Part shown: piece by piece, positions 24,964-36,862 of the stretch
Layout: every line of letters starts with the position of its first letter
How positions within the stretch are numbered: the stretch's first letter is position 1
Source: Ascoidea asiatica JCM 7603
Lineage: Eukaryota > Fungi > Ascomycota
DNA length: 64,000 bases
Reading direction: 5' to 3'
Assembly: GCA_001600695.1 (NCBI GenBank)
Contig: BCKQ01000001.1
Span: forward strand, 526,577 to 590,576
Program-made: the position numbers and the translations under genes
The notes under the pieces: generated by a model
What the model was told of the DNA's origin: nothing
Seen by the model: only the letters and a program-made list of their open reading frames with translations
Database searches by the model: none

Positions 24964-26359
24964 TCAATTCTTTTTAATAATTTCTTCTTTTTCATTAATA
25001 TTTTCCTCTTTTACATCTTTTACATCTTTTACATCTTTTACATCTTTCTTTACATCTTTCTTAACAGTTTCTTTAGAAGTTTCTTTAGAAGTTTCTTCTA
25101 CAATTTTTGGTTTATCAATATCATCTAAAGATAAATCATCTTTAATTGGAATAATTAAACCACCTTTTTTTTCTTGTTCAATTTCATCTTTAATTAAATC
25201 TTGTTGTTCTTTAATAACTTGAATTTTATCTTTTGAAGTTACATTCTCAGGTTCAATATCTAAAGCACTTTCATTAATTAATTCATCTGGAATTGATGAT
25301 AATACAGCTTCTAATGCATCATATAAAGTTTGTGTAGAATCTATATTACCATAAGTATATGCACTTGATAATAATAATAAAGTTGATGGAATTTTTTCTC
25401 TTAATCTTAATGTTAACCAAATTTGTAAATCATCTCTTAATTTTCCTGGTGAAACATTATAAATTTTTATACCTCTTGAACTACAAGCAGATTTTAATTC
25501 TTGAATTGATAATGAATTTATACCTTCATAATCAATAGATTTATCATCTTTTTTAATTTGTAACATTTTATATCTAATTCTATATCTTAACATTTGATTT
25601 GTACCAAATGGTTGTAAATTAATATATTTTGAAATTGCAATTAATTGTGGTCTTGATAAATTATCTAAAACTGTATCATCTTTAAAATTTCTTGCAATAA
25701 AAATTAATTCTTCTTTTTTTGGTTTTATAGTTGTTGATTTTAAATTATTAAAAAATTTTAAATATTGAATTTTTTCTAAATTTGATTTATTTTTTATATT
25801 TTCTGGTAATGATCTTAATCCAGTCTCAATTACTGTTTTTTTTAATAAATCAGAAACTAAAGTTCTTGTTTTTCTTAAATTTTTAATTTTTTTTAATTTA
25901 TCACTATTTGATTCATATGTACTTGGTAATAAATTTGGAAATAATTTTAAAGCAATTGGTAATAATAATTCTGCAAATGGTATAATTATAAACATCATAA
26001 ATGGTAAAATTCTAATTAAATCATTTGTTGTTCTTGATAATTGTTTCATTTCTCTTCTTGTTAATTCATAACCTGTTAAAGATTTTAATAATAAAGTTGA
26101 AGAAATTTTAATTTCAAGTCCTAATAATTTTGTACCATCATAATAATGATTTGCTTCATGTTTAATTTTTTCCCAAATTGATAATTTTTTGATTTCTTTC
26201 ATTTCATTTAATTCAATTGAAATTGACTTTTTATTATTAATATTATTAATATTATTAATATTATTATTTAAATCATTTTGATTATTTAAAGTTGATTTTT
26301 CTATAGCTTTTTCAATTGGAGATTTTTCTTTTTTAATTGATAAATTTGAATTCCAACGA

Positions 26360-26397
<38 letters not shown>

Positions 26398-26523
26398 ATT
26401 AATAAAAGAAGTTTTGTTATTATTAGTGTTAATGGATAATTGATTATATATGGAATTTAATAAAACTTGATTATAAATTAATTTTTTCTTAATTGAATAT
26501 GTATTTAATTTATTTAACATCAT
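24964..26523 (-). CDS. MDM38: Mitochondrial LETM1-family protein Mdm38/Ylh47
   Basis: WEKIKHEANHYYDGTKLLGLEIKIS, GYELTRRE, PFMMFIIIPFAELLLPIALKLFPNLLPSTY, FKDDTVLDNLSRPQL and ELKSACSSRGI; basic N-terminal presequence. Confidence 0.95.
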
Positions 26524-27049
26524 TTTTATAAAATTTTATATATATAATAGTATATAGTATATAGTATATTAGATATTAGATATTAGATATAAGATATGAT
26601 ATTGAATATTGAATGTTATATAAAAAGAAAAGAAAAGAAATAAAAGAATATAAATATAAATATGAAATAAATATAAGTGAATGAAATTTTAAATTTAAAA
26701 GGTAAAATATAAATAAATCAATAATTCAATAATTCAATAATTCAATAAGTAAATAAGATATGAGATAAATTTGAAAGATACAAATTAAGATCTTGGAAAT
26801 ATTTAACTGATTTAATTCAAGTATTATTCAATTCTCTCTTTCTTTCTTTCTTTCTTTATTTATTTATTATATTATTAATATATTTTATTATTAATATATT
26901 CAATTATTCGAATTTGATTTTATTTTAGATTATTAAAATATTTCAAAAATTTCAGATATTTCAAATATTTTTATTTACTTTAAGAAATAGTGAAATTAGT
27001 ATTAATGGTGATTTAATACGGGGAAATAAATAAAAATTAATTCAAGGGA

Positions 27050-27840
27050 GTTACGTAAGCAGGCAGGGATGATGAGTCAGCACGGCTAGTAGTAAGAAGA
27101 AGCACGGATACAGACCGGATACAGGACGGATACAGGACGGATTAGCCATGGATCTGAGATGGTAAAAAGATCGTAAGCCGAGAGCAGTCCGAGAATTGAA
27201 CAGAATTGAGTGTTGGAAGTGTTGCGGGATGTGCAGAGGGTGGGTGTAGTGGAGAGGGACTGTCGTTAGCACGGCTACACGGCAAGCAACCTCGTTTACT
27301 GGGAGTATTGCAGTGGATTCGGTAGTGTGGTTATGAGTGTGGTTATTACTGTGGGCAGTGTGGGCAGTGTCGAGTGTCGAGTGTCGAGTGTCGAGTGAGT
27401 GTTGCAATTGGCCACAGCCCAGCAGAGGAAGAAGCACAGGCAGTGACATCACTGCCACCGCACCGGGTCAAGGTCAAGAACTTGCCGTCGAGCATTGGCC
27501 AGAGCAGTGTTACCCGGTGCTGTTATATCCAGGAAAGAATGTTTGTGGCACTGAGACCAGAACTAGGGATTTAGTTCAAGAGTTCGACAACTCTTGCCCT
27601 GATCACGTGGTCCAAAAGCGAAAATGAAAATGTTTGCTGGAATTGTTTGGGTGGTCTGAGAAGTACGCAGTGCGCATACTGTATCTGCCTCCTGGGTGTA
27701 GATGTGAGCACACCCGACTGCATCCTTGCACCAGCCCAGAGTTGTTTTGTTTTGTTTTTTGGTGCTTTTTGCAGTGTGGAATTTCCGGGGTCCATTTGAG
27801 CTGGGAACGGGTAAGGCCCGCTGAGACCACACCGGTACAG
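27050..27840. promoter_or_regulatory. GC-rich divergent promoter region between MDM38 and UTP22
   Basis: GC island with Reb1-like TTACCCGG (27510-27517) and CGGGTAA (27808-27814), and Cbf1-like ATCACGTG (CACGTG at 27604-27609). Confidence 0.6.
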
Positions 27841-28166
27841 TACTACAATTATGGTAATAAACGAAGATTGAATACTATTGAATATATTGAATATATTACA
27901 TTATTAGTCTACTACTACTACTACTACTACTTACTCCATTCTTATTTATTATATCAAAGATAATTAAAGAATAAAATAAACACATAAATAAATAAATAAA
28001 TAAATAAATAAAATATATCATATTTTATATTATTAATATAATATAATAATATTGATATTGATATTGATATTTATATTTATATAATATCATAGTCACTTTA
28101 TCACTTTATCATTTATTCATTAACTTGATAGTAATATATTAATTTATATAATTTATCTTATTTATA

Positions 28167-29352
28167 ATGGGATCTAAAAGAAAAAGATTAAATAATATTA
28201 AAAATGATATTAAAAAAAATGATATAAATTCTATTAAAGAATCTATTAAAGATTCTATTATAATAAATGATTCAAAAAAAGATATTAAGAAAGATATTCA
28301 TTCAATTAAACTATCTGATAAACCGGCGGTTAATGAATCTCATATACAATCAGATAATGACTTAGATAATGACTTAGATAAACAATCAGATATATCAATC
28401 CACTCAGATAATGAATCAAATAATGAATCAAATAATGAATCTGATTCTGAAAATGATTCAGATGAATTTGAAGAAACTGATAATCATAAATCAAAAAAAC
28501 AAAAACCAAATTCAAATTCAAATTCAAATTCAAATTCAAATTCAACTTTTAAATTAAATCAAAAATCTTCCTTATTAGCTCAAGATATTCAAATTGCAAG
28601 AGAAACAACTGAAATTTTTAAATCAAATATATTTAAATTAAAAATTGATGAATTATTAAATGAAGTTAAATTAATAAATTTTTCAAAAAATTATTTAATT
28701 TTAAATAATTTCTTAAATCATTTAAAATTCTTAATTTTAAATAAAATTAAACCTTCAAAAATTTATAATTATACAAATTTAAATGATTTCATTCAAAAAT
28801 CTTCATCTTTAAATTATTCTTCAATAAAATATCCATTTATTGATCCAAAACCAAAAAATATAAATTTAAAATTTCAATTTTTAAATCCATTAATTTCAAA
28901 TTTAAATATCATTGGTTCATATTCTTTAAAAAATTTAATAAGATTACCAAATAAAAATATTATAGATTTTATAATTCAATTACCTTTAGAATTAATAAAT
29001 TTAAAAGATTATTTAAATTATAGAATTATTTATAAAAAAAATTTTTATTTATTTTATTTATCTTATAATTTAATTTCTTTATTAATTAATAATCCAATTT
29101 ATAAAAATTCTTTAAAATTTAATTATCAATATCTTAATGATGATATTTTAAATCCAACTTTAAAAATTGATTTTTTAAAATCTATTAATAATAATAATAT
29201 TAAAAATGAATTATATAAAACTAATTTTTCAATAAGAATTATAATTTCATTACCTTTTCAAATTTTTAATTATAAAAAATTATCTCCTTTTAAAAATTCA
29301 ATAAAAATTCAATTACCAATTCATTCCAATGATAATAATAATCATTCCAATG

Positions 29353-29384
<32 letters not shown>

Positions 29385-30350
29385 TTACCTCCAACTCCAT
29401 TATATAATTCTTCAATAATTTCTTCTTCAACTTATAATCATTATTTAAAATTTATTTATAAAATTCAAAAAAATTCAGAATTTTTTAAAGATACTGTAAA
29501 TTTAGGTAGAATTTGGTTAACTAAAAAAGGTTTTATTTCTGGTTCTTTTTCAAATGGTGGATTTGGTAATTTTGAATTTAATATGATTTTATCTTTATTA
29601 TTAATTGGTGGTGGTAATGATAAAAATAAAATTTTATTAAATGGGTTTTCTTCTTATCAATTATTTAAAGGTGTTATAAAATATTTAGCAACTCAAGATT
29701 TATGTAAAAATGGTCATTTAATTTTTAATTCAAATAATGAAATTAAATCTAATCAATATTCAAAATATATTAATAATCAAGGTTTTAATATTCCAACAAT
29801 TTATGATAAATTTACAAAATTAAATATTTTATGGAAAATGAATAATTCTTCTTATAATTTATTAAAAAATGAAGCTTTAATAACTTTAAATTTATTAAAT
29901 GAAAATATTAAAGATTCTTTTGATTCAATTTTTTTAAAAAATAATGATATTGATTATTTAAAATATGATATAAATTTAATTTTAAAATTTCCAATTCCAA
30001 CAAATGATGAAAATTATTCAATTCATAAAATCTCAAACTCAAATCATATTAATAATGAAAATAATAAAGAAAATAATATTGAAAATAATATTGAAAATAA
30101 TCAAAATAATCAAAATAATCAAAAATTAAAAACTAATAATAATATTAATAATAATAATAATGATGATGATTCAATTGATAAAACAATTAATAAAAATGTT
30201 TTATATTTTAGTCCAATTTCTAAAATTTCTTTTGTAAGTTATGAAAATTATCTTAAAAATAAATTATATAATATTTTATTAACTGGTTTAAATGAAAGAG
30301 TAAAAGAAATTTCAATAAAATTCATTGAAAATTATGATAATAATAATGAA

Positions 30351-30387
<37 letters not shown>

Positions 30388-32534
30388 GTAATAATAATAA
30401 TGATAAAAAATTTATAAAAGATTATTCAGGTTCTCAATTTCCTTTAAATAAAAAAAAATATGAAATAAATTATTCAAAATCTTATATTAAAATTGGTTTA
30501 ATTTTAAATCAAGATAATTGTGAAAAATTAGTTACAAAAGGTCCATTAAATACAAATTTAAATGAAATTAAAAATTTTAAAAAATTTTGGGGTAATAAAT
30601 CTCAATTACGTAGATTTAAAGATGGTTCAATAAATCAATGTGTTATTTGGGATTTTCAATATGATAAACCAATTGTTTTACAAATTATTAAACATATATT
30701 ATCAAGACATATAAATTTAATTATTGGTTCTAAAATTAAATGTGAATTAAATAATTTTATAAATAAAATTCCAAAACCTTTAATTCCATCTTCAAATAAT
30801 TTATCAATTTTAAATAATTCAACATTTATGAATCTTAAATTAAGTTTTGAAAAAATGAGTAAAATTTTATTTAATTTTAATCATGATTTACCTTTAAATA
30901 TTAAAAGTATTTTACCAAATGGTCCTGGTTTTAGATATACATCAATTTTACAACCTGTACCTTTTGCAATTTCAAATCCTGATTTTTTTAATGAAGTTTT
31001 ATTACAATTTGAAACTTCAAAAAAATGGCCAGATGAATTAAATTCTTTAGAAGATATGAAAACTGCATTTTTATTAAAAATTTATGATTTATTACAAAAA
31101 AATGAAAAAAAAAATTTTTATAAATTTTTTATAAGTAACGACAAAGAATCAATACCTTTTAATAATAATATTCGATTATTAAATATTATAACACCAGAAG
31201 GTTATGGATTTAAAATTCGAGTATTAACAGAAAGAGATGAAATTTTATATCTTAGATCAATTTCAAATTGTTCAAAAGAACAAAAAAAATTATTAGAACA
31301 AGTTTATTTAAAATTTTATCAAAAATATATTGGATCTATAAAACATACAAGAATAGTTACATTAATTGCACAACATTATCATTTTTATTCACCAACAGTT
31401 AGATTATTTAAAAGATGGTTAGATGATCAATTATTATATTGTCATTTAAATGATGAAATTATTGAATTAATAGTTTTAAAAATATTTGTTGATAGTGAAA
31501 ATTGGTTACCACCAAATAGTGTTGAAAATGGATTTTTAAGAGTTTTACAATTTTTATCAAATTGGAATTGGAGAGAAACTCCATTAATTTTAGATTTATC
31601 AAAAAGATTAGATATTGAAATAAATGAATTAAGTAATGGAAATTTAAAATTTAAAAAAATTATGGAAGATGATAATATTAATAAAGATGATGAAGAAGAA
31701 ATTAATAAAAAATTTAATTTAGATGATAAATTAAATATTAAAGAATATCAAAATTGTGTTTCAAATTTTCAAAAAATTAGAAAATTTGATCCAAATGGAA
31801 TTAAAACACAATTTTTTATTGCAACTAAAGAAGATGAAAGTGGAATATTATGGAGTAATAATTTATTATTACCAATTGCAGCAAGATTAACAGCATTATC
31901 AAAAGTTGCAATAAATTTAATAAATTCTCAAGGATTTGATAATTTTAAGATTAATAATAATTCAATAATAAATATATTATTTAAACCTGCATTAAATGAT
32001 TATGATTTTATTATAAAAACAAAAAGTATTAAATTAACAGAAAGTAGTGGAATATTAGCAGATAATAGTTATAAAAATTTAATTATTAATAGTTTAAATG
32101 ATTTCAATAATTTTACTACTACTAATAATAATAATAATAATAATGAAGGAAATAATGAAGATGATGATATTAATAAAATAAGTGAAGAAGATGAAGAAAA
32201 TAAACTTAAAGAAGAAATTATTAGTAAATTAGATCCAATTAATGAATTTATAAAAGAATTAAATGAAAAATATTCAAATATTATAATTTTTTCAACACAT
32301 AAAATAAGTGGATTAAATCATAAAGGAGAAAATGTTATAACTGGATTATTTATACCTTCAATGATTACAAATAAGAATTTCAAAGTTAATTTAGGATATA
32401 ATTTAAAACCTATTGATATTGATGAAAAAAATGAAAAAATTATTATTAATAAAGAATCATTATTTGCAGAAATCTCCAGATTAGGAGGAGATTTAATAAC
32501 TGGATTTGAATATAAAGGAATCTTAAAAAACTGA
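28167..32534 (+). CDS. UTP22: U3 snoRNP / Nrap-family protein Utp22
   Basis: QDIQIARETTEIFKSNIFKLKIDELL, KDYLNYR, LPPTPLYNSSI, LLNGFSSYQLFKG, FWGNKSQLRRFKDGSI, QFETSKKWPDEL, YSPTVRLFKRW and FLSNWNWRETPLILD. Confidence 0.96.
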
Positions 32535-33402
32535 TGTTTTAATTGTTTTTTTTTTTATTTTTTTTTTTTTTTATTGGCTTAAAAGATGATTTAGATAAAT
32601 AATAGATAATTGATAGTAGATTAATTGAAAAAAAAAAAAAAAAAAGTATGAAATTTTAAGGCTGTATGGTTTAAGGAAATATAGTTGTATATAATAATAA
32701 TTAATTGTTTCTTTGAAAAAAAATTATTTATATTTTTGTTTGTTTGTTTGTTAATTTGTTTATACTCTTTTAAAAAGCTTTGTTTTTATTTGAATTTCTA
32801 ATTTCTAATTTTTAGATTCTGATTTTATTTTTAATTTTATTTTTGATTTCTTTCTTACTTTCTTTCTTTCTTTCATTCCTTTTTTTTCTTTTTTTCTACA
32901 TTTCAAATAAGTATCATTTTGATTTCTGTTTGTTTTCCAATTATTCAATCGTCATTGCATTTACTTCATAGTCATAATTAGTGTATCAGTACTCTCTCTG
33001 TGTAGTGTTTAACCCAGTGTTTCATTCGTTCTCGCTGTCGTCTTTTGCACCATCTTTTGCACCATCTTTTGCAATCTTCTTTTGCATTATCTTTTTGCAC
33101 TTTCTTTTTGTGATTCTCCTTTCCGTATTCGGTAACTCCGCACTTGCCTTATCCGGTGCTTATATCCGCAGCTTCCGTTGTTTGCAAATTCTGAAATCAT
33201 TTTCGATTTCTTGCTTTGAGCACTTGGGAAATGAAGATGTTTTTGAAGGATTTGAATCTGAGAGAGCAGAGAAGAGAATACAATAGAATAGATATATACA
33301 TATACATATCAAGAGAAGATAATAATAGGAAGAAGAAGAAGAAGAGATCTTTTTCGATTATAGTACTTCAATTCATGTCATAAAGATAAAGAATAATCAA
33401 TA

Positions 33403-34503
33403 ATGGATGCCAATTCTCATCGTTTAAGTTCCTACAATAATTTCAATAGTTTTAATAATAATGACACTTTAATAAATAATAATGGAAATAGTAATTATAA
33501 TATAGCAAATGAAGAGAATTATGATAATAATACAGAAGAAATCAATCCAGAAAATGAATTTAGTTTTGAAGAAATTGAATTAAATAATCAAAGAATACTT
33601 AAAAAAAGAAAATCTGCATTTTTAACAGATTTAAATTCAACTATTGAATTAATATGTTTTATATTAATGTTTATTATATATTTATTTGATTGTTCATTAT
33701 TATTATTAATCTCAAGATCTTTAATGCAATCATTATTATCAAAACCATTACCAAAAAATATAAGTGATAATACAAGATTATCAAATAAAAATTTAAGATT
33801 AATTGCAAGAGGTTTAATGTTTTCTGTATTTATAATAAATTTATCAGTAATTTCAATAAGAATATTCTTAACTGAAAATGGTTATTTTCAAAATGGTAGA
33901 AATGAAATTAATGGTTATCTTTATGGTAGTTTAACACTTCAAATTATTGGTGAAAGTATAAATAAAAATCATTCAAAATTTAAAATTATAATTTTTGATT
34001 TTTTATTAACTGTATTTCAAATTTTTAAATTTTGTTTATTTTATTCAAATATACTTGAAAGAGATGCTAAAGAATCTGAATCTTCTAATACAAATACAAA
34101 TACAAATACAAATACCACTAATAATAATAATAATAATAATAATACAAATACTTCAAATACAATAAATGAAAATGATACTCATAGTGGTAATAGTAATATA
34201 CAAATAGAAAGTGATAATCCATCAGAATCTTCAACTAATATTAGAAGTATACCAACATCAGTAATTATTGAAAATGATATAATACCAAATTATGAAGGTG
34301 ATGGATATACAGGTAATGTAAAAGTTATAAGTATAGATCCATTTTTTTTAATTAAAGATGCTTGGACTTTTGAACCTGATTTAGCTTCAATTAATGAAGA
34401 TTTAAATAATTTTAATCCAAATAATCCAAATTCTAATAATAACAATAATAATAATAATAATAATAATTCTTATTCATTTGAAATACCTGGATCTTTTGTA
34501 TAA
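33403..34503 (+). CDS. DUF1746 membrane protein, Dsc4/Vld1/Gld1-like subunit of the DSC ubiquitin ligase complex
   Basis: IIYLFDCSLLLLISRSLMQ, GYLYGSLTLQIIGE and IIFDFLLTVFQ resemble the DUF1746 motifs; about 4 TM segments. Confidence 0.7.
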   Translation: MDANSHRLSSYNNFNSFNNNDTLINNNGNSNYNIANEENYDNNTEEINPENEFSFEEIELNNQRILKKRKSAFLTDLNSTIELICFILMFIIYLFDCSLLLLISRSLMQSLLSKPLPKNISDNTRLSNKNLRLIARGLMFSVFIINLSVISIRIFLTENGYFQNGRNEINGYLYGSLTLQIIGESINKNHSKFKIIIFDFLLTVFQIFKFCLFYSNILERDAKESESSNTNTNTNTNTTNNNNNNNNTNTSNTINENDTHSGNSNIQIESDNPSESSTNIRSIPTSVIIENDIIPNYEGDGYTGNVKVISIDPFFLIKDAWTFEPDLASINEDLNNFNPNNPNSNNNNNNNNNNNSYSFEIPGSFV

Positions 34504-34514
34504 TAAATAAATAA

Positions 34515-34552
<38 letters not shown>

Positions 34553-34608
34553 TATAATATTAAATAAAAATACATAATGATATATAATTGTTTATATATT
34601 AATGAATA

Positions 34609-35625
34609 CTAATTTATGGGACATTTACGTAAATATCTTGCTTTATTTGCTAAAATTTTAATTGATTTAAAAAAAATTTCTTCTGGAGGCATAGCACCTG
34701 TACTTTCAACATTAAATATAAAATGTTGTCTATCTCTACCTAAGATAACTTTATTTTTAAATTCATCATGTCTTAAAACTTCTCTAGAAACTGTATCTTT
34801 TCTTGAATCTAAAACATAAGCTTCATTTTTATCATTTATACCAATAACACCAGTTGGAAAACAATGTTGAAATTTTTTTGCATCTTTATCTTTAATTGGT
34901 TTTAAAATTTTTATTACAGGTAATAATCTATAAGATGCTGTTGAAACTGGTGAAAATTTTGCATGATCTGAACCAATACCTAAAATACAATGAACTCTTA
35001 ATGAAATCTCTTGTCCTGGTCTTAATTTTGCTAATAAAATATCTGGATCACAAGGTATAACTGGATTATCTTTAAATTTTTCAATTTGTCTACCTTGTGG
35101 TTCAAATTTAAAATCTTTTGCATAAACATTTGAATTTTTATATAAAATATTTGGATCTGTACAATTTTTTGGTGCATGAGAATTTCTTGAACATGATATA
35201 TTTAATGTTAAAACTATAGTATTTTCATCAGTAAATTTATCTTTTTCATCAACAGTATTATCTATCCAAGTTAATTGATCAGGATCAATTTTAAATGGAA
35301 TTAAACCAATTCTATGACATAAAACTTCATCTTGAATTACAGATGTATTATTAAACATATAAATATTTTCAGCAGCAACTGATGGAACTTCTGCAATCAT
35401 TATACGACGAAAAGAATTTGCAAATGATGTATCTATATTAATTAAATCAAAATTCGCAACTCTTTCAGATATTGAAGTTATATTAATATCAAAATTTTTT
35501 TTAAAATTTTCTAAATTCCATTCATTATTATTTATTGAATGTATTGTAGAACCTGGAAAATCAGTGGAATGAACATTGGATACATGATCATCATGTATTC
35601 TTACCAAATCCTCATCTCTAACCAT
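34609..35625 (-). CDS. RPC40: RNA polymerase I/III shared subunit AC40
   Basis: STDFPG, IDTSFANSFRRIMIAEVPSVA, NNTSVIQDEVLCHRIGLIP, ILLAKLRPGQEI, GSDHAKFSPVSTASYRLLP and FIFNVESTGAM. Confidence 0.98.
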   Translation of the reverse strand: MVRDEDLVRIHDDHVSNVHSTDFPGSTIHSINNNEWNLENFKKNFDINITSISERVANFDLINIDTSFANSFRRIMIAEVPSVAAENIYMFNNTSVIQDEVLCHRIGLIPFKIDPDQLTWIDNTVDEKDKFTDENTIVLTLNISCSRNSHAPKNCTDPNILYKNSNVYAKDFKFEPQGRQIEKFKDNPVIPCDPDILLAKLRPGQEISLRVHCILGIGSDHAKFSPVSTASYRLLPVIKILKPIKDKDAKKFQHCFPTGVIGINDKNEAYVLDSRKDTVSREVLRHDEFKNKVILGRDRQHFIFNVESTGAMPPEEIFFKSIKILANKARYLRKCPIN

Positions 35626-36862
35626 CTTTATTCTTTATTTCCTTTTTCCAATGCTTGAATATCTTTCCAAGTTTACTTCTTCTTTTCTCACTTCTTTTTT
35701 TAAACTTTTGATTATTTAAAAATATTTCAAAATGTTCCTAATAAAAAATAAAAAAAAAAATGTAAGTTTATTTTCCGTGGCTGAAAAGTACGGAAACAAG
35801 ATCCATATAACGGATAATATTTTATGACAGCGGTTTAAATTTTAGGGCAAAGTTATAATTTATTCAGGTCAATTTAAATTGTCCTAGAATATAGCACGTG
35901 ATCATTGAAGCCAGATCCGTGGCACTGCTTTCCTCTTTCCAACTTCCTGCTGCGAGTGAAGCTTTTGAAGCTTTTGAATTGCCGCCAGCAGAGCAAAGAA
36001 GCCTGCAGTGCCACCATTGTCAGGATCTAAAACAAGGAGATAAATATATCAAACAAACAAGATATATAAAAACTAGATGTATTTGAATTAAAGGAACTGC
36101 TTCTCTATCTCTCTTTTATTCTTTCTTTATTTGAAACTCATTGTTCATTATTCAGATCAATCAATCAGTTCATGCCAAAGAAAAATACCTGCAGATTACA
36201 ATTTTTGTTTCTTAAGTTAATTTAAACTTGTTTGTTTACACCACCTATTTCATTCCCGTAAAAAACTGAATCAGACGCCTATTGCAAACTAAAAATTAAA
36301 GGGATTCAAATTCAAATAAAACCACTTCAATTCAATTCAATTCTTTCATCAATTCTAAATCAGGTTATCAATCTTAACAATCACCAAGTATTTGAATAAG
36401 CCTAAAATTCTGAATATCTTTTATATTCAATTCATTCACTTTATTTCATTTACACTATCAATAATAATTTGAGAAAAAAAAAAGGATTAAATATTTAATA
36501 CCCATCGTCTAAAATATCTAAATTTATCAATAGATCAAATTATTTATATCAAGTATACTTACTCAAACTTATGAGTAGTATAATATACAGTATATGACTA
36601 TTTATATATAAATTGTTGTAAGAAACATCAAGAAATATAAATAAATTTAAACAATTTTTTCAATTAAAAATTACCAAATAATTTCAATCAAAATTTAAAT
36701 TTTACTAATTTCTACTCGGTGATCTTTAACAATAGTATTACGTAAAAAAATTAATATTGTAACATCAGTGTCCTTTTAATTTTATCTTTTTTTTATTAAC
36801 TCCCTTTTAAAAAATAAACTTTAAACAATACAATTTTTACTTACATTATTATAAATTTAAAA